Below, one piece after another: positions 35,101 to 48,917 of a DNA stretch of 64,000 bases; the first letter of the stretch is position 1; the number at the start of each line of letters is the position of its first letter. A model generated the notes under the pieces. The model had not been told where the DNA came from, searched no databases, and worked only from the letters and a program-made list of their open reading frames with translations. This DNA comes from Veleropilina oligotropha (taxonomy: Eukaryota). The translations under genes and the position numbers were made by a program. The stretch spans positions 124,001 to 188,000 of the forward strand of contig JBEUKZ010000005.1 of assembly GCA_048128005.1 (NCBI GenBank), read 5' to 3'.

Positions 35101-38100
35101 ACAACCTTCAAGCAATTTATGGCAAATATCAAGACACAATTTATGGAAAATATCAAGACACAAGACTGATTAATTGGCCCCCAATATCCTGGACCACTAC
35201 AAATCCAATTCAGCAGAAGTAGTGGTATCTACGCAAAAAGGAACACGGGCAAACCGCGGTAGCGTTGACCATCTTTCAAGCAGTCGGGAGGAGGCAGATA
35301 CCTTATTGATATTACATGCACTCCATGCAGTTTTAACCGGTGCAGTGGTCCAGATCATCTCTCCAGACAAAGATGTATTATTATTAGCCCTGGGACGATA
35401 TTCACAACTAGGACCCAATCCATCATTTGTCACAGGTTTGGGAGTCAAAAGGCGCGCCAACTTTCTCAAACCAGTATATGGCGTAATCGGTGACCGCAAA
35501 GATGCTGCCCTATCAGGATTCCATGACTTTACGGGATGTGATACGACTGGTCACTTTGCTGGGAAAGGAAAACTGGAATGTTGGAAGGCTCTTAGGATGT
35601 CAAAGGATAATGTGATAGCAGCATTTTCGCAGCTCGGTACAACACGTTTTACTTTCTCCGGAAGTGCACTTATAGCGATGAAGCAATTTGCTTGCAAACT
35701 CTATCTACCTGGTACAGACCTTTGTGACCTAGCGTCAATGTTCGGTGGCGAATATTCAAGAAATAGTATGTCGAATCAGAAAAATTACCACCACAAAAGG
35801 ATCCCTGGTGCAACATATCAAGCGGGCTCATTACCAAGCTAAGGTGTGGTTCCATGACGATGTAGCCAAACACGATATTCTAGAATCATTTAATTATGAC
35901 TGGACAGTTGATAATAGTCGGTATATTCCCATTATTACGGACCCACCACCGGAACCACAAGCTGTGTTATAACTTGTGAGATGTGTGTCAAGCAAATGTG
36001 CAGTACGACACATTGTACCTGCAAACGAGCGATGGTAGTATGCACGAAAATGTGCACATGCGAAAACACTCAACAGACAGAAGATCATGAGTTAGATGAC
36101 AGTTGTGATGAACTGGATGAACAGCGATATTAAATGCAACATGAACGTATATGAATGATAACAGATAATACTTGCGAAGATATCTGATATAATTACCCGA
36201 ACGTCATCGAGCTGAATTATGAAGATATCGCGCAGGAGTATCATGGTATTAACTGTCATGCATACCAAGGCAATCGATTGAAAATGCAACCTGAAACCCC
36301 TTGAAAGCATAACAATAGCCGATATCACCCCATATCACCCCTGGGCTAACATAAATTGCAATCATAAAAATGTAATGGCAAATTATAATTTTTTTTAATT
36401 AATAACAAAACTTAAATAAAAAAATAAAAATATTTTGAAGGTAACGGGACTCGAACCCCTGACCTCAAGATCTAACGACAACGCATGAACCGTTTGCGCT
36501 TCAAAGACTTGTCTAATATTTCTGATATTTTAGGCTATATGTAACTGGTGTTCGATTTTGGTATTTGCAAATTTTGCCGTAGTCGACAATATTTATATCG
36601 CAATAACTCAATAGTTACTAAAGCGATTTACTTGGAATTTTGAAGAAAGGTAGATTACCGTAATCATGCTTTAGTGGTGTAAATTTTATCACGGCGTTAG
36701 CAGTATTTAAAGAGTTATCACAAATATCGCGACGTCTTGACGATTTTAACTTCTGATCAAAAATTATAGCTACAAATTCGCTCTAACACGCAAAGTATAT
36801 CGAGAAGAGTAGTAGATAATGTCCCCCTCTGTCACTTATTAAAATTTGAGGTGTCTGCTGTCCTTGGTTGCAGATTTACGGTCCATAGTTGACTTTTGCT
36901 TCTGTTGATTTCTAAAATGCTTATAAAGTTCACATTTCACATTATTTTCCAAATATTTGTGCTGATATCAATATCATTTCATCAGGACTACGATTTGCAT
37001 AACGAATTTACACAATTTAATTCTATTTGGCGAAATTTGAAATTGACTTTACTTTAAAAAATTTAAATTCCCCTGGCGACCAACTTGTGTAATGCATATT
37101 CTATATAATTAATGTTGTCATTGGTCATTCTAAGCCAAATTTGAAGTTTGCCCGACGAAGCGTTTTAACGCTGCAGCCGAAAAGCCGTAAACAGGAAATT
37201 GCATCATGAAATCCGGACCCGAATGACAAAATATTTCGTGTACAAATTTCACGAAAATCGGATCAATAGTTGACGAGTTATGCGAATGGATATGCGTGAT
37301 TTAATATTGTGGACAAAATCAATTTTGTTCCCTTTTTGGTAGCCATCTTGTTTGATGTAGATGCCAGACAATTCATCATATCGTTGTCCTATGATGTCAA
37401 GAACATTTTGAGCTTAATTTGAACTTTGTATGGCGAAGCGTTCTAAGTCTACAGCCCCAAATCCAAAATCCGGAAGAGCGTCATAGCATTCGTATCTGCG
37501 TACCTATCCGGATCATCTTCTAGGAAAACATTGGCTAGGATGAAATCTATCTTGTATTGAATTTTGGAGAAATTTCGGGTGAATAGTTTTTTTTTAGATA
37601 TGTCAAATTTAACTTTGGCATTGTGGAAAGTTGAGCTGCAAAATTATCACTGATTAACTATTTTACAATACTGTCACATCGCATGCAACTTACATAAATA
37701 AATTATTCATTTTTGGCGTAGCGTCTGCATGTTTCGATAAAAAGTATACAAGAAAATAGACGAATCGTCAATGTCCGAATTGGGAAATGCAAGAAATGGT
37801 CGCATACTTAGTAATTACAATGGCGGATAGATCGAATGATTTCAGTAATGAGCACCGATTTCAGTATTTATTTTTTAATATAAAACAGCAAACAATGTAG
37901 GCTCTGTCACATTGAATCATTAAAACTGTTTACAACATTCACATATATAATATGTAATTAAGATATTGTAGTCACCATTATGCGATAATTACCGGCAATA
38001 CACCTTTAATTCAAAGGGGATAAATGCTATTTATTATCGCTTACTTATAATCCCATTTATTTAAGAGATGGGCCAAGTGCGCGGGTTGAAGTGGACAGGT

Positions 38101-39858
38101 GTACATGGCCTTGTCGCTCTCCGGTATCAGATCCACATCATGAAATACGAAGTACTGGTAGTCGGACGCGTTGGAAGCCACAGTGAAGCCAATGTTCAAT
38201 AGCATCCCGCGATTAAATTTGATACCTTTGATCTGAAACAGACTCAGCGACACCATATATGGACACGCGACTGATTAATAATGACAAATTAATTATGGTA
38301 CTAATAGTTTCTTCCATTATATAACCTAGATATCGATATACGCGTGCTTCTTAGCTTAGCCCTTTTCATATAATAATAATACTAATAATAATTGCAATAA
38401 ATAATATTATTATTAGTATTATTATTGTTTTATATATTCTTAAGACACAAATGTATAAAACGACTAAATTGTCGCTTCATATAGGAATATTTCATGAAGA
38501 CAATCAAGTACAGGACACGAATATCATAAAAGTGTAGCCAGAAAATAACTTCGGTCCCTATACACAAGAAAATACACAGCATATCAAATACACACACATT
38601 ATAAAGGCCATATAACATAATATGTATTCAGCCAGTCCCTGACGACACAAACACCAAACCCAACATTAGAACATTATGCAAAATAATAATTTCGGTCTCG
38701 TTTTCAGAAAGTGACAGCAACGGCGTTGTAATGGAACATAACGACATGGCTACCAATTCACTCACCCGAATGCTCTGAATAACGGAATCAGGATTGAATC
38801 CTCGGCTGTGTACGTGTTCAATTAATAGCCACAGTTGTCCGTAGCCGGTCTATGAGGGCGGGCTTTAACTGGCGTCCGTAGCCGGACTATGAGGGCGGGC
38901 TTTACCTGACGTCCGTAGCCGGCCTATGAGGGCGGCTTTACCCGGTGTCCGTAGCCGGCCTATGAGGGCGGGCTTTACCCGGCGTCCGTAGCCGGCCTAT
39001 GAGGGCGAGCTTTACCTGGCGTCCGGGATATAATATGAACATGTCCTGATATAACCACGGCGGGTTTTAAAATGAGACATTAGGCCAAACAAAAAATGTA
39101 TTATGTTTCTGGTTTCCGCGCGCGTCAGTTCCAACTCCTGCGCGTCAATATTTTTTATTTTTGTAAAAAAGGACAAGACATTATCAAATGGTCCGTGTGC
39201 ATATACTGTAATCAGAGTTTCGTTTCTAAGAAACGTGATCGCGCGCCAACTGTCTGGGCAAAAACATTATTTGACAAAACGCAAAATATACCACTACAGG
39301 AATATATTGCATATATATAGATATTCTATTGAAATAACATGGATACAGTTACCTAATAATACCTTCATGCTGTAAATATTATGCAGTCTTTACTCAATGA
39401 AAATGTTATAAATTCGTGGCGATCCACGCAGACAAAACAGTCCCTACTAATGGTGGCTAGCCATGTCTGAGTTTATCTCCCTCTCGGCTGTTCCAGTAAC
39501 GTTAATAGACGGAACAGCCAAATGTGCTCCAGATATCAAAGGCAAGAGTTTATCAACAGATCTGAGGAAACACGTCACAAGCACGATCCCTAATTTGCAT
39601 ACATGTCGCAAAACACAGTCCTGGGCACTGACAGCAATAAGAAAGGTCAAAGTTTATGAAATGGATTATTTATTGGAGGCAAAATAAAAATGAAAGGGCA
39701 CAGAAAGAGAAAACAACAAATTAAGCAATATAAAAAATAATAATGCATGATCATGATGACAAAATTAAAAGTTATTTTATATTTACAAGAAATATAATAG
39801 TGAACACCGAATTGACTGTATATGTATGTATACAATGCATGTGTGATGCATGCACACG

Positions 39859-39921
<63 letters not shown>

Positions 39922-42170
39922 TACCCTCGATTTATTTGAAAACTACTGGATTAAATTTTACTAAAATTGGTATATATGCATTCCCACGAGTATTTATAGG
40001 TCGTGTTAAACTTTCGTGAAACAATATTTGCAAGATGTGCATAATATAGCAACTTTTATCCATCGCATTACTAAAGAATACTAGTTATTAATTCGTAAGA
40101 CGTCATTTTGTCGCAGCTTCTATTTTTGCTCTTTGGAAGTATATCATGCTGAAATAAAAAATGTCCCAGATAAAAATACAAAAACCGCATCATTTCTCAG
40201 TTGACCATGATACCAGAAACATAATTTTTTTTTTTTTGCCTTAAGCATCGATCCAAACTAAGCCAAACCATTTCAGAAATCGAAGATACTCACCGGTTCC
40301 ACCAGATAAATTCCGAAGTTGAGTTGCTGGCGACACAGGATTGGCAGCAAATTATGGAGTAGCACTCGTAGGTGGTTCTCCCGCTCTCTGTATGGTACTA
40401 TGATGGCAACGCGATATCTGGAATTACAATCCGGGGGACTGTATCGCCCAAATTTGATATGCTGGTTCAACAGTGTTATGTTTGCGAATGGCACGACATC
40501 TAACGATATGTTTACTGAACCCACTGAAAAGTGAAATCAATAAACCATATATAGGTAGGCCTACAATAAAAAATGAAAGTATCAATATCGAGCTACCGTA
40601 TATCATGTGCAGTAGGTTTAACATCCTTCAGAATGATATTAGGATAAAGCCATATTTTCGAAGGAGAAAAAACCGGTCGCCTAGGAAACCCAATCGCACC
40701 TGCCATTTATGGACAACTGTAACTGTTTATGGAACAAAGTGCAAAGCCGATGACGTAAACCATCTTCGGTTAATTAACCGAGCATTATAGAGAGTGACTT
40801 TGGAGCGGCTTCACTACTGGGCGGCATTCGTGTGCATGACGCACAACAGATAATCATGAGAAGATAACTCCTGCCGAAATACGAGCTAATTTATTGTCAG
40901 GAAATAAAATCGAATGCTTATTGTCCTGTATATTTTCAGCCATTAATTCAAAGGAGGACATTTCCAGGTCTCCGGGGAAACCCACCCTCTCCGACCAGTT
41001 ACGGACAACTGTGATTCATAATTTGGACAAAAATGTCATGTCCCAACAGAAGTTTCAACCCACTACTGTTCGCGTTAGCTGAATTAATCCAGTGATTTTT
41101 CGGAGCCTGCAACCGAAACCATACGACTGTCGAAGCGGCTTAAATCATTGTCAGGATAAACGATAGATCGAATATATAATTTATGTAAACGTATGATGAG
41201 TATGTGTTACCACTTTTGCGTTTACACAGGCAGAGACAATCACGATCGAAACGTAATAATTATCCTTTCCTTCTGATGGGCTGATATTGTATGATCAGCT
41301 GCACATACACCCTACACGATCGTTGTGAAATTATCGTTAACAACTGGTGACACCGAATTTAATTTGATCCTGTGATATATCAAATTCACGTTAAACTTAT
41401 AATTTAACGAAATATATTTATTTAATATAATAAGGGCTGGCTGTTAGTCTAAGAACGTTGTGGATCAGGTGTCATTGAATCATTATGTACAATGTATCAT
41501 GACTAACACGACATTGAATCATTATGTACAATTTATGATGACTAACACGACATTGATCGATAACGACATTATGATTATCTTAATCTTTATTATCGAATTT
41601 GTCAAACATGAGCGAATAAATAGTACAATCTGATATCACCAGAGCTAGGCCGCTAAATTAAAAAGAGACAACTTTTGCCCTTGGGTAGGCAGTATCCCAT
41701 GTGCATCAATGTCAAACATATGCCGTAAACATTGCCATGTTAATCATACTAATGCGATAATGAGACTTACCTAAATGCGGCGAGATCGATGGGCATATTG
41801 GTAAAGTGGCATTCAGGGTTGCATTGAGTGAACCCGTTGCATAACATTGTCCGGTTACGTTACACAATTCGGTTACATTACAAGATCCGGTTACGTTACA
41901 CGATCCTGTTAAATTACATGGACCGGTTACATTACACGATCCGGTTACATTAAAAGGTCCGGTTACGTTGCACGATCCGGTTGCATTACACGATCCGGTT
42001 GCGTTATAGAATCCCCTTACATTTCCGCTTTGAGTACCAGTCCATGTTGCAAAGATTTGAAGACGAGAAATTCCTCTAGTGTAAACCAGATAAATTCCAA
42101 TTTGCAAAATGATCACAATGATCGTGATGTACAATGTCTTTAATCCACATTTGGCAGGGCATTTCGCCAT
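28983..42170 (-). CDS. GT7-family beta-1,4-galactosyltransferase / beta-1,4-N-acetylgalactosaminyltransferase (bre-4-like), 6 coding exons, 394 aa
   Basis: Exons 42170-41771, 40523-40294, 38232-38045, 31804-31682, 30113-30018, 29130-28983 total 1185 nt in frame. N-terminal TM anchor; motifs VAIIVPYRER, FNRGMLLNIGF, FHDVDL, GWGGEDDD, YHMIKH, DGLNSLKY. Confidence 0.93.
30018..30113 (-). CDS. GT7 gene exon 5
   Basis: VKHAGLKVTSYNDNRGRYHMIKHDQAEKNKGR; phase 2-2. Confidence 0.9.
30892..31489. repeat. 46-bp minisatellite, 13 copies
   Basis: Unit gaaggggcactagcctggattctgaattgactccctaga(c/g)tgatct. Confidence 0.95.
31682..31804 (-). CDS. GT7 gene exon 4
   Basis: LKYPGNMGGVTCL..INGFSNKYFGWGGEDDDLAKR. 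Confidence 0.95.
31873..32560 (+). mobile_element. non-autonomous Helitron with three tandem 195-bp 5' segments
   Basis: A|TC start at 31873, repeated at 32068 and 32263; hairpin tacccgtc-gga-gacgggta at 32532-32550; CTAG|T end at 32560. Confidence 0.8.
33290..36200 (+). mobile_element. degenerate Academ (AcademX-type) transposase pseudogene: transposase + XPG-like nuclease + Cys-rich finger
   Basis: Frameshifted fragments WAAYNSV, ITLDL, EEADTLLILHA, SPDKDV, GCDTTGHFAGKGK..W, QHIKRAHYQAKVW and a terminal Cys cluster; many stops; lies in a GT7 intron. Confidence 0.7.
38045..38232 (-). CDS. GT7 gene exon 3 (DxD motif)
   Basis: FNRGMLLNIGF..FVFHDVDLIP. Confidence 0.95.
38855..39025. repeat. 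~36-bp tandem repeat inside a SINE copy
   Basis: Unit gtccgtagccggcctatgagggcgggctttacctggc, about 5 copies. Confidence 0.85.
40294..40523 (-). CDS. GT7 gene exon 2
   Basis: GRYSPPDC..RVAIIVPYRERENHL..RQQLNFGIYLVEP. Confidence 0.95.
41771..42170 (-). CDS. GT7 gene exon 1 (cytoplasmic tail, TM, repetitive stem)
   Basis: MAKCPAK..TM..(CNVTGS)n..LPICPSISPHL; donor gtaagt. Confidence 0.9.
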
Positions 42171-42929
42171 TTTGCTGTCAAAATATTGTCAATGCGTCCC
42201 TCTGTTGTACAACTCGGCATCATTATACGCGACTATGCATTGTTATGCTCTGGCCAAGAGATGAGAGAAGCAAACTATTTCAAAATCTATTGTTCACGTG
42301 GATGTAATGGATGCAGTCTCATATCTCATATCTCATCATCGTGTCTGAAAAATGAAAGTAAATAAGTGACATTATATGTCGTGTTGTCCAAAGCAGAAAC
42401 AGGTTTTGACCTTGCAACGGACGCCCACACGAGTTCTAATGAAGAGAACATTTACAAAAATAACTATGAAAATGATGAGCGGCTTTGAAATTCGAGAGAC
42501 ATATTTATTCACAAACTTCATGAAATAATAAATTAATATATCATACGTCATTCTTTTTCTTCTTTTTTTTGGGGGGGGGGTGCTAAAATATGTAGTAATC
42601 ATTCAAAATAAATGAAATGCCGATCACAATTATGATTAACGAAACATTGTGATGTGAATTAATAGGTTTATAAACATTTACTTGAACTTATAATGGATAT
42701 ATTTGCGAGCACATGTCACATTTCTCGGTAGAACAGAATGTACGCAAACATTTAAGCTATACGGAATCCGAATGTGCCGAGGACCGAAATATCAGGTATG
42801 CTATGAGATATTCGGGCCGCTTATGATAAATAAAGTGGTAGAGCTAAATAATCAATTGTTTAGCTAAATAAATTCATTATTTAGGATGAAAAATCCATTA
42901 TTTAGAAACAATGAATCATTTACGTAATT

Positions 42930-43120
42930 AATGACTTATTTACGTAAATAATACTTATTTACGTACATAATACTTATTTACGTAAATAATACTTATTTAC
43001 GTAAATAATACTTATTTACGTAAATAATACTTATTTACGTAAATAATACTTATTTACGTAAATAATACTTATTTACGTAAATAATACTTATTTACGTAAA
43101 TAATGACTTATTTAAGTAAA
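42930..43120. repeat. 19-bp minisatellite with a palindromic core
   Basis: Unit aatacttatttacgtaaat. Confidence 0.88.
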
Positions 43121-44528
43121 CAATTACTTGGTCATACGTAAATAAAAAATTATTTAGGTAAACAATTTCATTTATTTAAGCAATCATATACATATAATAC
43201 GACGTGTGAAAATTATTTATAAATAAAGTTAGTTGTAGTGAATCGCCACCATTATATGTAAATAATTGCTAAGTCTGGCATTTTACTAACATTATTTATA
43301 AATAATTGTCTTCTCTGCCTAAAGCAACAATTATATACATATAATACGAAATGTGTTTAGCGATGGGCCAAGTGTAAAATATTACCAAACTCATTTATTT
43401 ATAAATAAGTCACACCATAACACATTTCTCTTAATATAATCAAATGCTTTTCTGAAATCTACAAATAGACAATATATCTTCTTATGCTTTGTTAAAACAA
43501 TATCAATTAAACTATTTAATACAAATACACAATCAACAGCAGAATATCCTTTCCTAAAACCAAACTGTGATTCGTTGTATATATTATTGAGTTCTGCCCA
43601 TTTTCACAATCTATTTTTTAATATATTGGAAACAAGTTTACCAAAACAGGTAAGTAATGTAATTATCTGGCTCATGTATATTACCTATTTTATGTAGGCC
43701 GACTTATGTATTGAGACGTGAATCTGTCTTTCAAGTATCTAGGGCAGCATCAATGCCGCTCGAATATATAAATATGTATGCTCCTTCCTGTATGTACTTG
43801 TCATAATTAAACAAACGCATATATATATATTGCTAATATGAAATGTTGTTGATCAACCCTTCTCATGCTCGTTTCGTTTCGTTCACCGTTTCGTATTCTG
43901 AATCACACTTTCGCAAAAATATTCGTTTCGCCGGTTACACAAAGCCAGCCGGCATAATATTAAATACACGAATGATTGAACTTTCCACGACAAGCGGGCA
44001 GCTTTCAACATCGAATAATGATCCAAGTTGCCTATGTATTTCACGATGGGAGTTATTTAATCGTACGCCGACGTGACAGGTGCCTTAAATTACGTATTGG
44101 CTGATATATTTAACTATGTTGTCAATATAAAAGTCGCTGTGTTTTTTAAAGTCATGTGTTATACTATATATATATTTTTATATATTTTGTTATCATACAC
44201 TTGTTTGATATCGGTTTAAGAGCTTTAGTTCAAACATATTTTATTGCAAGTCTGCAAAAGAATCGGACAAAAAAGTTACAAGAACATTATCGAGTGCCCT
44301 CTTCCAACAAGTTACAAATACATAATATATGACGGAACATGCAAGCGTATAACAAATAATAACAAACAATCGATAATGAACAAGCTGTTACAATAAAGAA
44401 TATTGTATTTAATTAATTATTGTAAAGTCATAGTTAGAATAAACGTTAAATATACTATTAAGTGTCAAACAAATTAGAATATTATTAATATTATTATTAT
44501 GACATACACGTATTTTGATATTATATAA

Positions 44529-45356
44529 GTTGTTTTCCGATCACGAGGGGGACATCGGTGATTGTATTCCGCCTGACGTTGTACCCCGAAGCGCGTAGCG
44601 CTGAGGGGTACAACTTCAGGAAGGAATACAATCACCGATGTCACCCGAGTGATCGGAAGACAACGATTTTATCTTACTTTCAAATGAAATAAATGGTCTG
44701 AATATTGGCAGTATTTAATATGAACCAACCCGTCTCTATTTTCCGTCAAAACATATTGCAAACATGTGACGTCACGTTGTTTACACACAAGCATTTGGGA
44801 ATACATTCAGCATCTGTTATTATATCGAATGTTTTAAAATGCGGAGGTGCCTTTAAATATATATTAATTCCATGTCTTATCTCCTCAATGTTGTCGTCTT
44901 ATAGAGCCCCCCTTGCTTTGTCCTTAAATCGACGTAAAAGTGTCCCAGTATATCCGCTAGCCTTACTTTATCGAACTTTTCGAAATCCGTGTGTAATTCT
45001 TTTACGTGTAGATATTCTCTAAATAACACTGCTGCACATGTGTTGGATTTCTTTGTATTCCTCGGAAAAATGCTTTCTTTATTCTTGGTTATATGTTCTT
45101 GTGTGTTATTGCCAAATCGATTAGATGCCATTTGTAAACATACGCAGACGACAAATCTTAATTTTAGTCGGGCATGGTTATATCCCCTATATCATGCAAT
45201 CGACCGAAAACGTCATTGGAATAACCTTAAAAATCACGCGGTGTACAATGCCGCCATTTTTTCCAGTTGTACACCGTCTAATCCCGTGCACACCGTGGAT
45301 TGGCAACGGACAAACAACCAATGGAAATCGAGTATGTTAATAGAAAGTAAGATAAA
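44529..45356 (-). mobile_element. Crypton-type element remnant: long hairpin plus a fragment of a DUF3504/tyrosine-recombinase-family protein
   Basis: 136-bp hairpin at 44529-44664; inner inverted repeats at 44668-44681 and 45343-45356. The enclosed minus-strand frame PRNTKKS..FREYL..FYVDLRTKQGGLYKTTTL continues after a frameshift as IRHGINIYLKAPP..FDII, like CryptonA/KCTD1/ZMYM N-terminal parts. Confidence 0.65.
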
Positions 45357-45374
45357 TAATGCTAATATACAGTG

Positions 45375-48300
45375 TACAAACAAAACAAAAAACATACGAT
45401 TAATGTGTATGTATGGTGTGGTGGATTAAGCGTGTGTTATGCAAAGTGTCATAGGAAGCGTTTGGATTGTTTAATAAATATTTGTACTTTGTCAAATATG
45501 AATTTATTTGAATTGTCTGAAAGGGCATGGTCGCCGAATAGTACCAATGATAATGTTACATTAAATATGTTCATATCATCGTCAAGGGTTTCCCTGATTG
45601 AATGGTATTTTGGGCAATTGAAGAAATAATGATCTGCATCTTCTCTTGGGTGGCCACACTCGCCGGATGGATCTGCAATAATGTGGTTGATGTATAAATC
45701 ATAATGTAAGGAGCTGCATTTCCTGCGTAGTTTTCTGTGATGAACATCTATGTTTCGAACAGATAAAACAGGCCATGTTGGTGTAGTTCCTGTATCATGT
45801 GTTTGTTGCTTAAATAATTTTATATTATTAGCATTTCGCGTATCTCTATTCAATGTGTTCCGTACTTTAATTGTTGATTGGAAAACTTTTTTTTTTGATA
45901 AATTTAGTCTATAAGGTAAATCAATGAAATTGTCAGCATTCCTGAGCGCATAAGCATTTGTTTCTCCAACTAGAGCTGGTAATAACATTGCAAGATAATC
46001 AGGTGTTGTACCATTTATTATTTTGTATAATGTGTCTAGATTATTTTCTGACCGACGTTTTGACAGTGTTTTTATACCAGTTTCCAAATATAGACTTTCC
46101 ATTGTAGCATATTTTAGAAGACCAGTTACAATTCTTAAACTTTCATTTTGTATTAGATCTAAACGATTTGAATCATATTGAGTTAGTTCACACCAAACTT
46201 CAGAACCATATTCGAGAATGGGGCGAATATACATAACATATAATTTTAACAATGTATCCTTGTGAAGACGAAATTTTAATTTACGCATTACATTTAAAAT
46301 TTTACTTGTTCTGTTTATGATATACGTGATATGTTCAGACCATTTGCCATTATTTGAGATTATGAGCCCCAAGTGTCTGTGTTCATTTACAAAATCGATT
46401 GATGCATTTTGAAATAGTAAGCTAGGTGGCATGAATCCTCTATTCGTTATAAATAGTCCTTCCGTTTTGGGGGAATTAAAAACGACATGCCATCTCGCTG
46501 CCCAGTCATTAATCTGTTCAAGGTCAGAATTAATGGTAGTTTCGATGATACCTATATTTTGGTTGGAAGTAAACAATGATGTGTCATCAGCAAAGAGTCT
46601 TTTCTGACTCTCTACATGTAAATAAATATCATTAATATAAATAAGGAATAGCAGGGGTCCCAAAACATCATCGAGGCACACCTGAGTAAATATTTCTTGC
46701 GGAAGATAGTTCATTGTTAACCCTAATTTGCTGATTCCTGTTAGATAAGAAATCTTTTATCCAAGATAGTATATTTTCGGCTATACCCATTTGCTTTAGT
46801 TTGTATAACAGTCCATGGTGCCACACCTTATCAAAAGCTTTGGACACATCAAAGAAAACAAAGCTGATATAGACTGAAATCCACTTTGGAACTTGTATAA
46901 TAACTTGTTGACCAAGAGATAATTATGCATATGTTTGTGAATAATTATCTCCATGATTTTCCCTAAACAGCTTAAAAGCGATATAGGACGGTAATTCGTT
47001 ACTAGTGATTTGTCGCCTTTTTTAAATAACGGCGACACATAGGCTAATTTCCATGAAGATGGGAACTTACTTTCATAAAGAGACCTATTATAGAGGACTG
47101 CTAATGGGAAGGAAATGGATTTGCTTAAAGGTTTTATTATCTTATGTCCAACACCATCTGGACCCGAAGCTTTATTAGTTTGTAAAGAGTCGATTGTATC
47201 TTCTATTTCGTTTCGTTCGATGACAATATTACATAATATGTTAGTGCAATTATATTCAAAATCAGGAAGTGGTGTATCCATTTGCATTTCTGATATGGAT
47301 GAAGAAAAGTGTTTAAACAATCAGCTTTTTCTTGATCTGAATGAGCATAACTGGTATCTTTGTTAATTGGTGGAATTACCTCTTGCGAATCCCCTTTTAT
47401 TAAAGAATTAATTATTTTCCAAAACGTTTTTGGATCGTTTTATTAACTATTAAGTAGGTCATTAACATCAGTATTGAACTTTTCCTTCTGGTTTTTAATT
47501 ATATTGTTTACGTGGTTTATAACTGTTTTGTAGTGCTGCCAATGTGCAAGAGATTTTGATTTGAGAGCTTTTTTGTAAAGTCGATCGCGCGTCCTTGATA
47601 ATTTTCGAATCTCAGAATAATACCAAATTTAGTCATTTCTTCTTATGATTACTCTTTTTGAAGGTATACACTCTTTGGCAAAAGCTATTAATTTTGGGGT
47701 AAATAGTATTGTTGCTTCGTCAAGTGAGACATTGTTCGATAATAAATGTTCCCAGTTGTATTCCCGTATCAATTGGTTGAAATGGACGAAATCTCCTCTT
47801 TTGTAAAGCCACACTGTTCTTTTGGAGAATATTTTGTTCTAAATGCAGCATACAACGTAATATAAGTACCTTTATGGTCACCGATATTAATGTCATGAAT
47901 GCCTGCATCAAAGTAAGTTAGATCTGAATTTATAATCACCGGATCTAATAGCGTAGTTGTTGAGGTTATTCTGGTTGGTTCGGTTTGAATATTACACATA
48001 TTGTATATAGTGAGCATATCTGATAAGTGTGAAGAAGGTGGGTTCACAAAATCAATATTTAAGCCACCAAGTAACACGATCGGGAGTGCTGTGTCAACTA
48101 CTTTCGATAGGCAGTCCTCCAAAAGAGGTCAATATGTATGACGAGCATTTGGGGGTCGATACAATAATCCTAGTAATAAATTGTACGATTTTAAATTTAA
48201 CTCTATCCACATTATTTCCAGATTATTGGTTTCAAGATCCATTCTCCGTTTATAAATAACTGTTTGCTGTATATAAATGGCAATGCCACCACCATATCTA

Positions 48301-48560
48301 TTTCTATCTTTTCTTAGTATATTGTCGAAGTGTGGTATATCAATAGAACTATCTAACACAGTATTGTCCAAATGAGTTTCAGTAAAGCATAAAATATCAT
48401 AATCATTACTTATGTCGCATATACTAGATATCTTATTTCGTATACTGCGTACGTTTTGATTGAAAATGTTAAAAAATGATTGATTATTTTCGACAGAAGG
48501 GCCATGATTTTTATGTACGTCACCGGCCAATATGAGTAGAATCAAAATAATAAGGGGAAC
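45375..48560 (-). mobile_element. decayed CR1/L2-group LINE (APE + RT, frameshifted)
   Basis: Fragments FTETHL, YRPP, NYRPISLLS, LFADD, RPILEYGS in broken frames; N-terminal LILAGDVHKNHGP. Confidence 0.9.
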
Positions 48561-48917
48561 ATTAGCTTTAAAGCTCGTGTTACATGTATGTCCTTGTACC
48601 GATGTAAAATAAAGATTAACTACCTACTTACTTACTAAAAGACTGGATCGCGAAGGTAACCAACAATGTGTTACGACACAAATGGATCCATCTTGACGCT
48701 ATACGATTGAATGACGACTACAATCTAAACCTCCGCGAATGGAAAGGTTTCTTTCGCTCGCCATTGTGCTAAATTAAACCTAGATCTTGAAATAGAATAG
48801 ATTTGAGATTGTGCAAACAAATATGCGAGCCTGTTCTGCTTTCTATGGCCAGATCGGGTGTTGTACACTTGCAATAATGATTTCTATGAGCAGTAATTAA
48901 ATGGCCGGTGTATGGTA

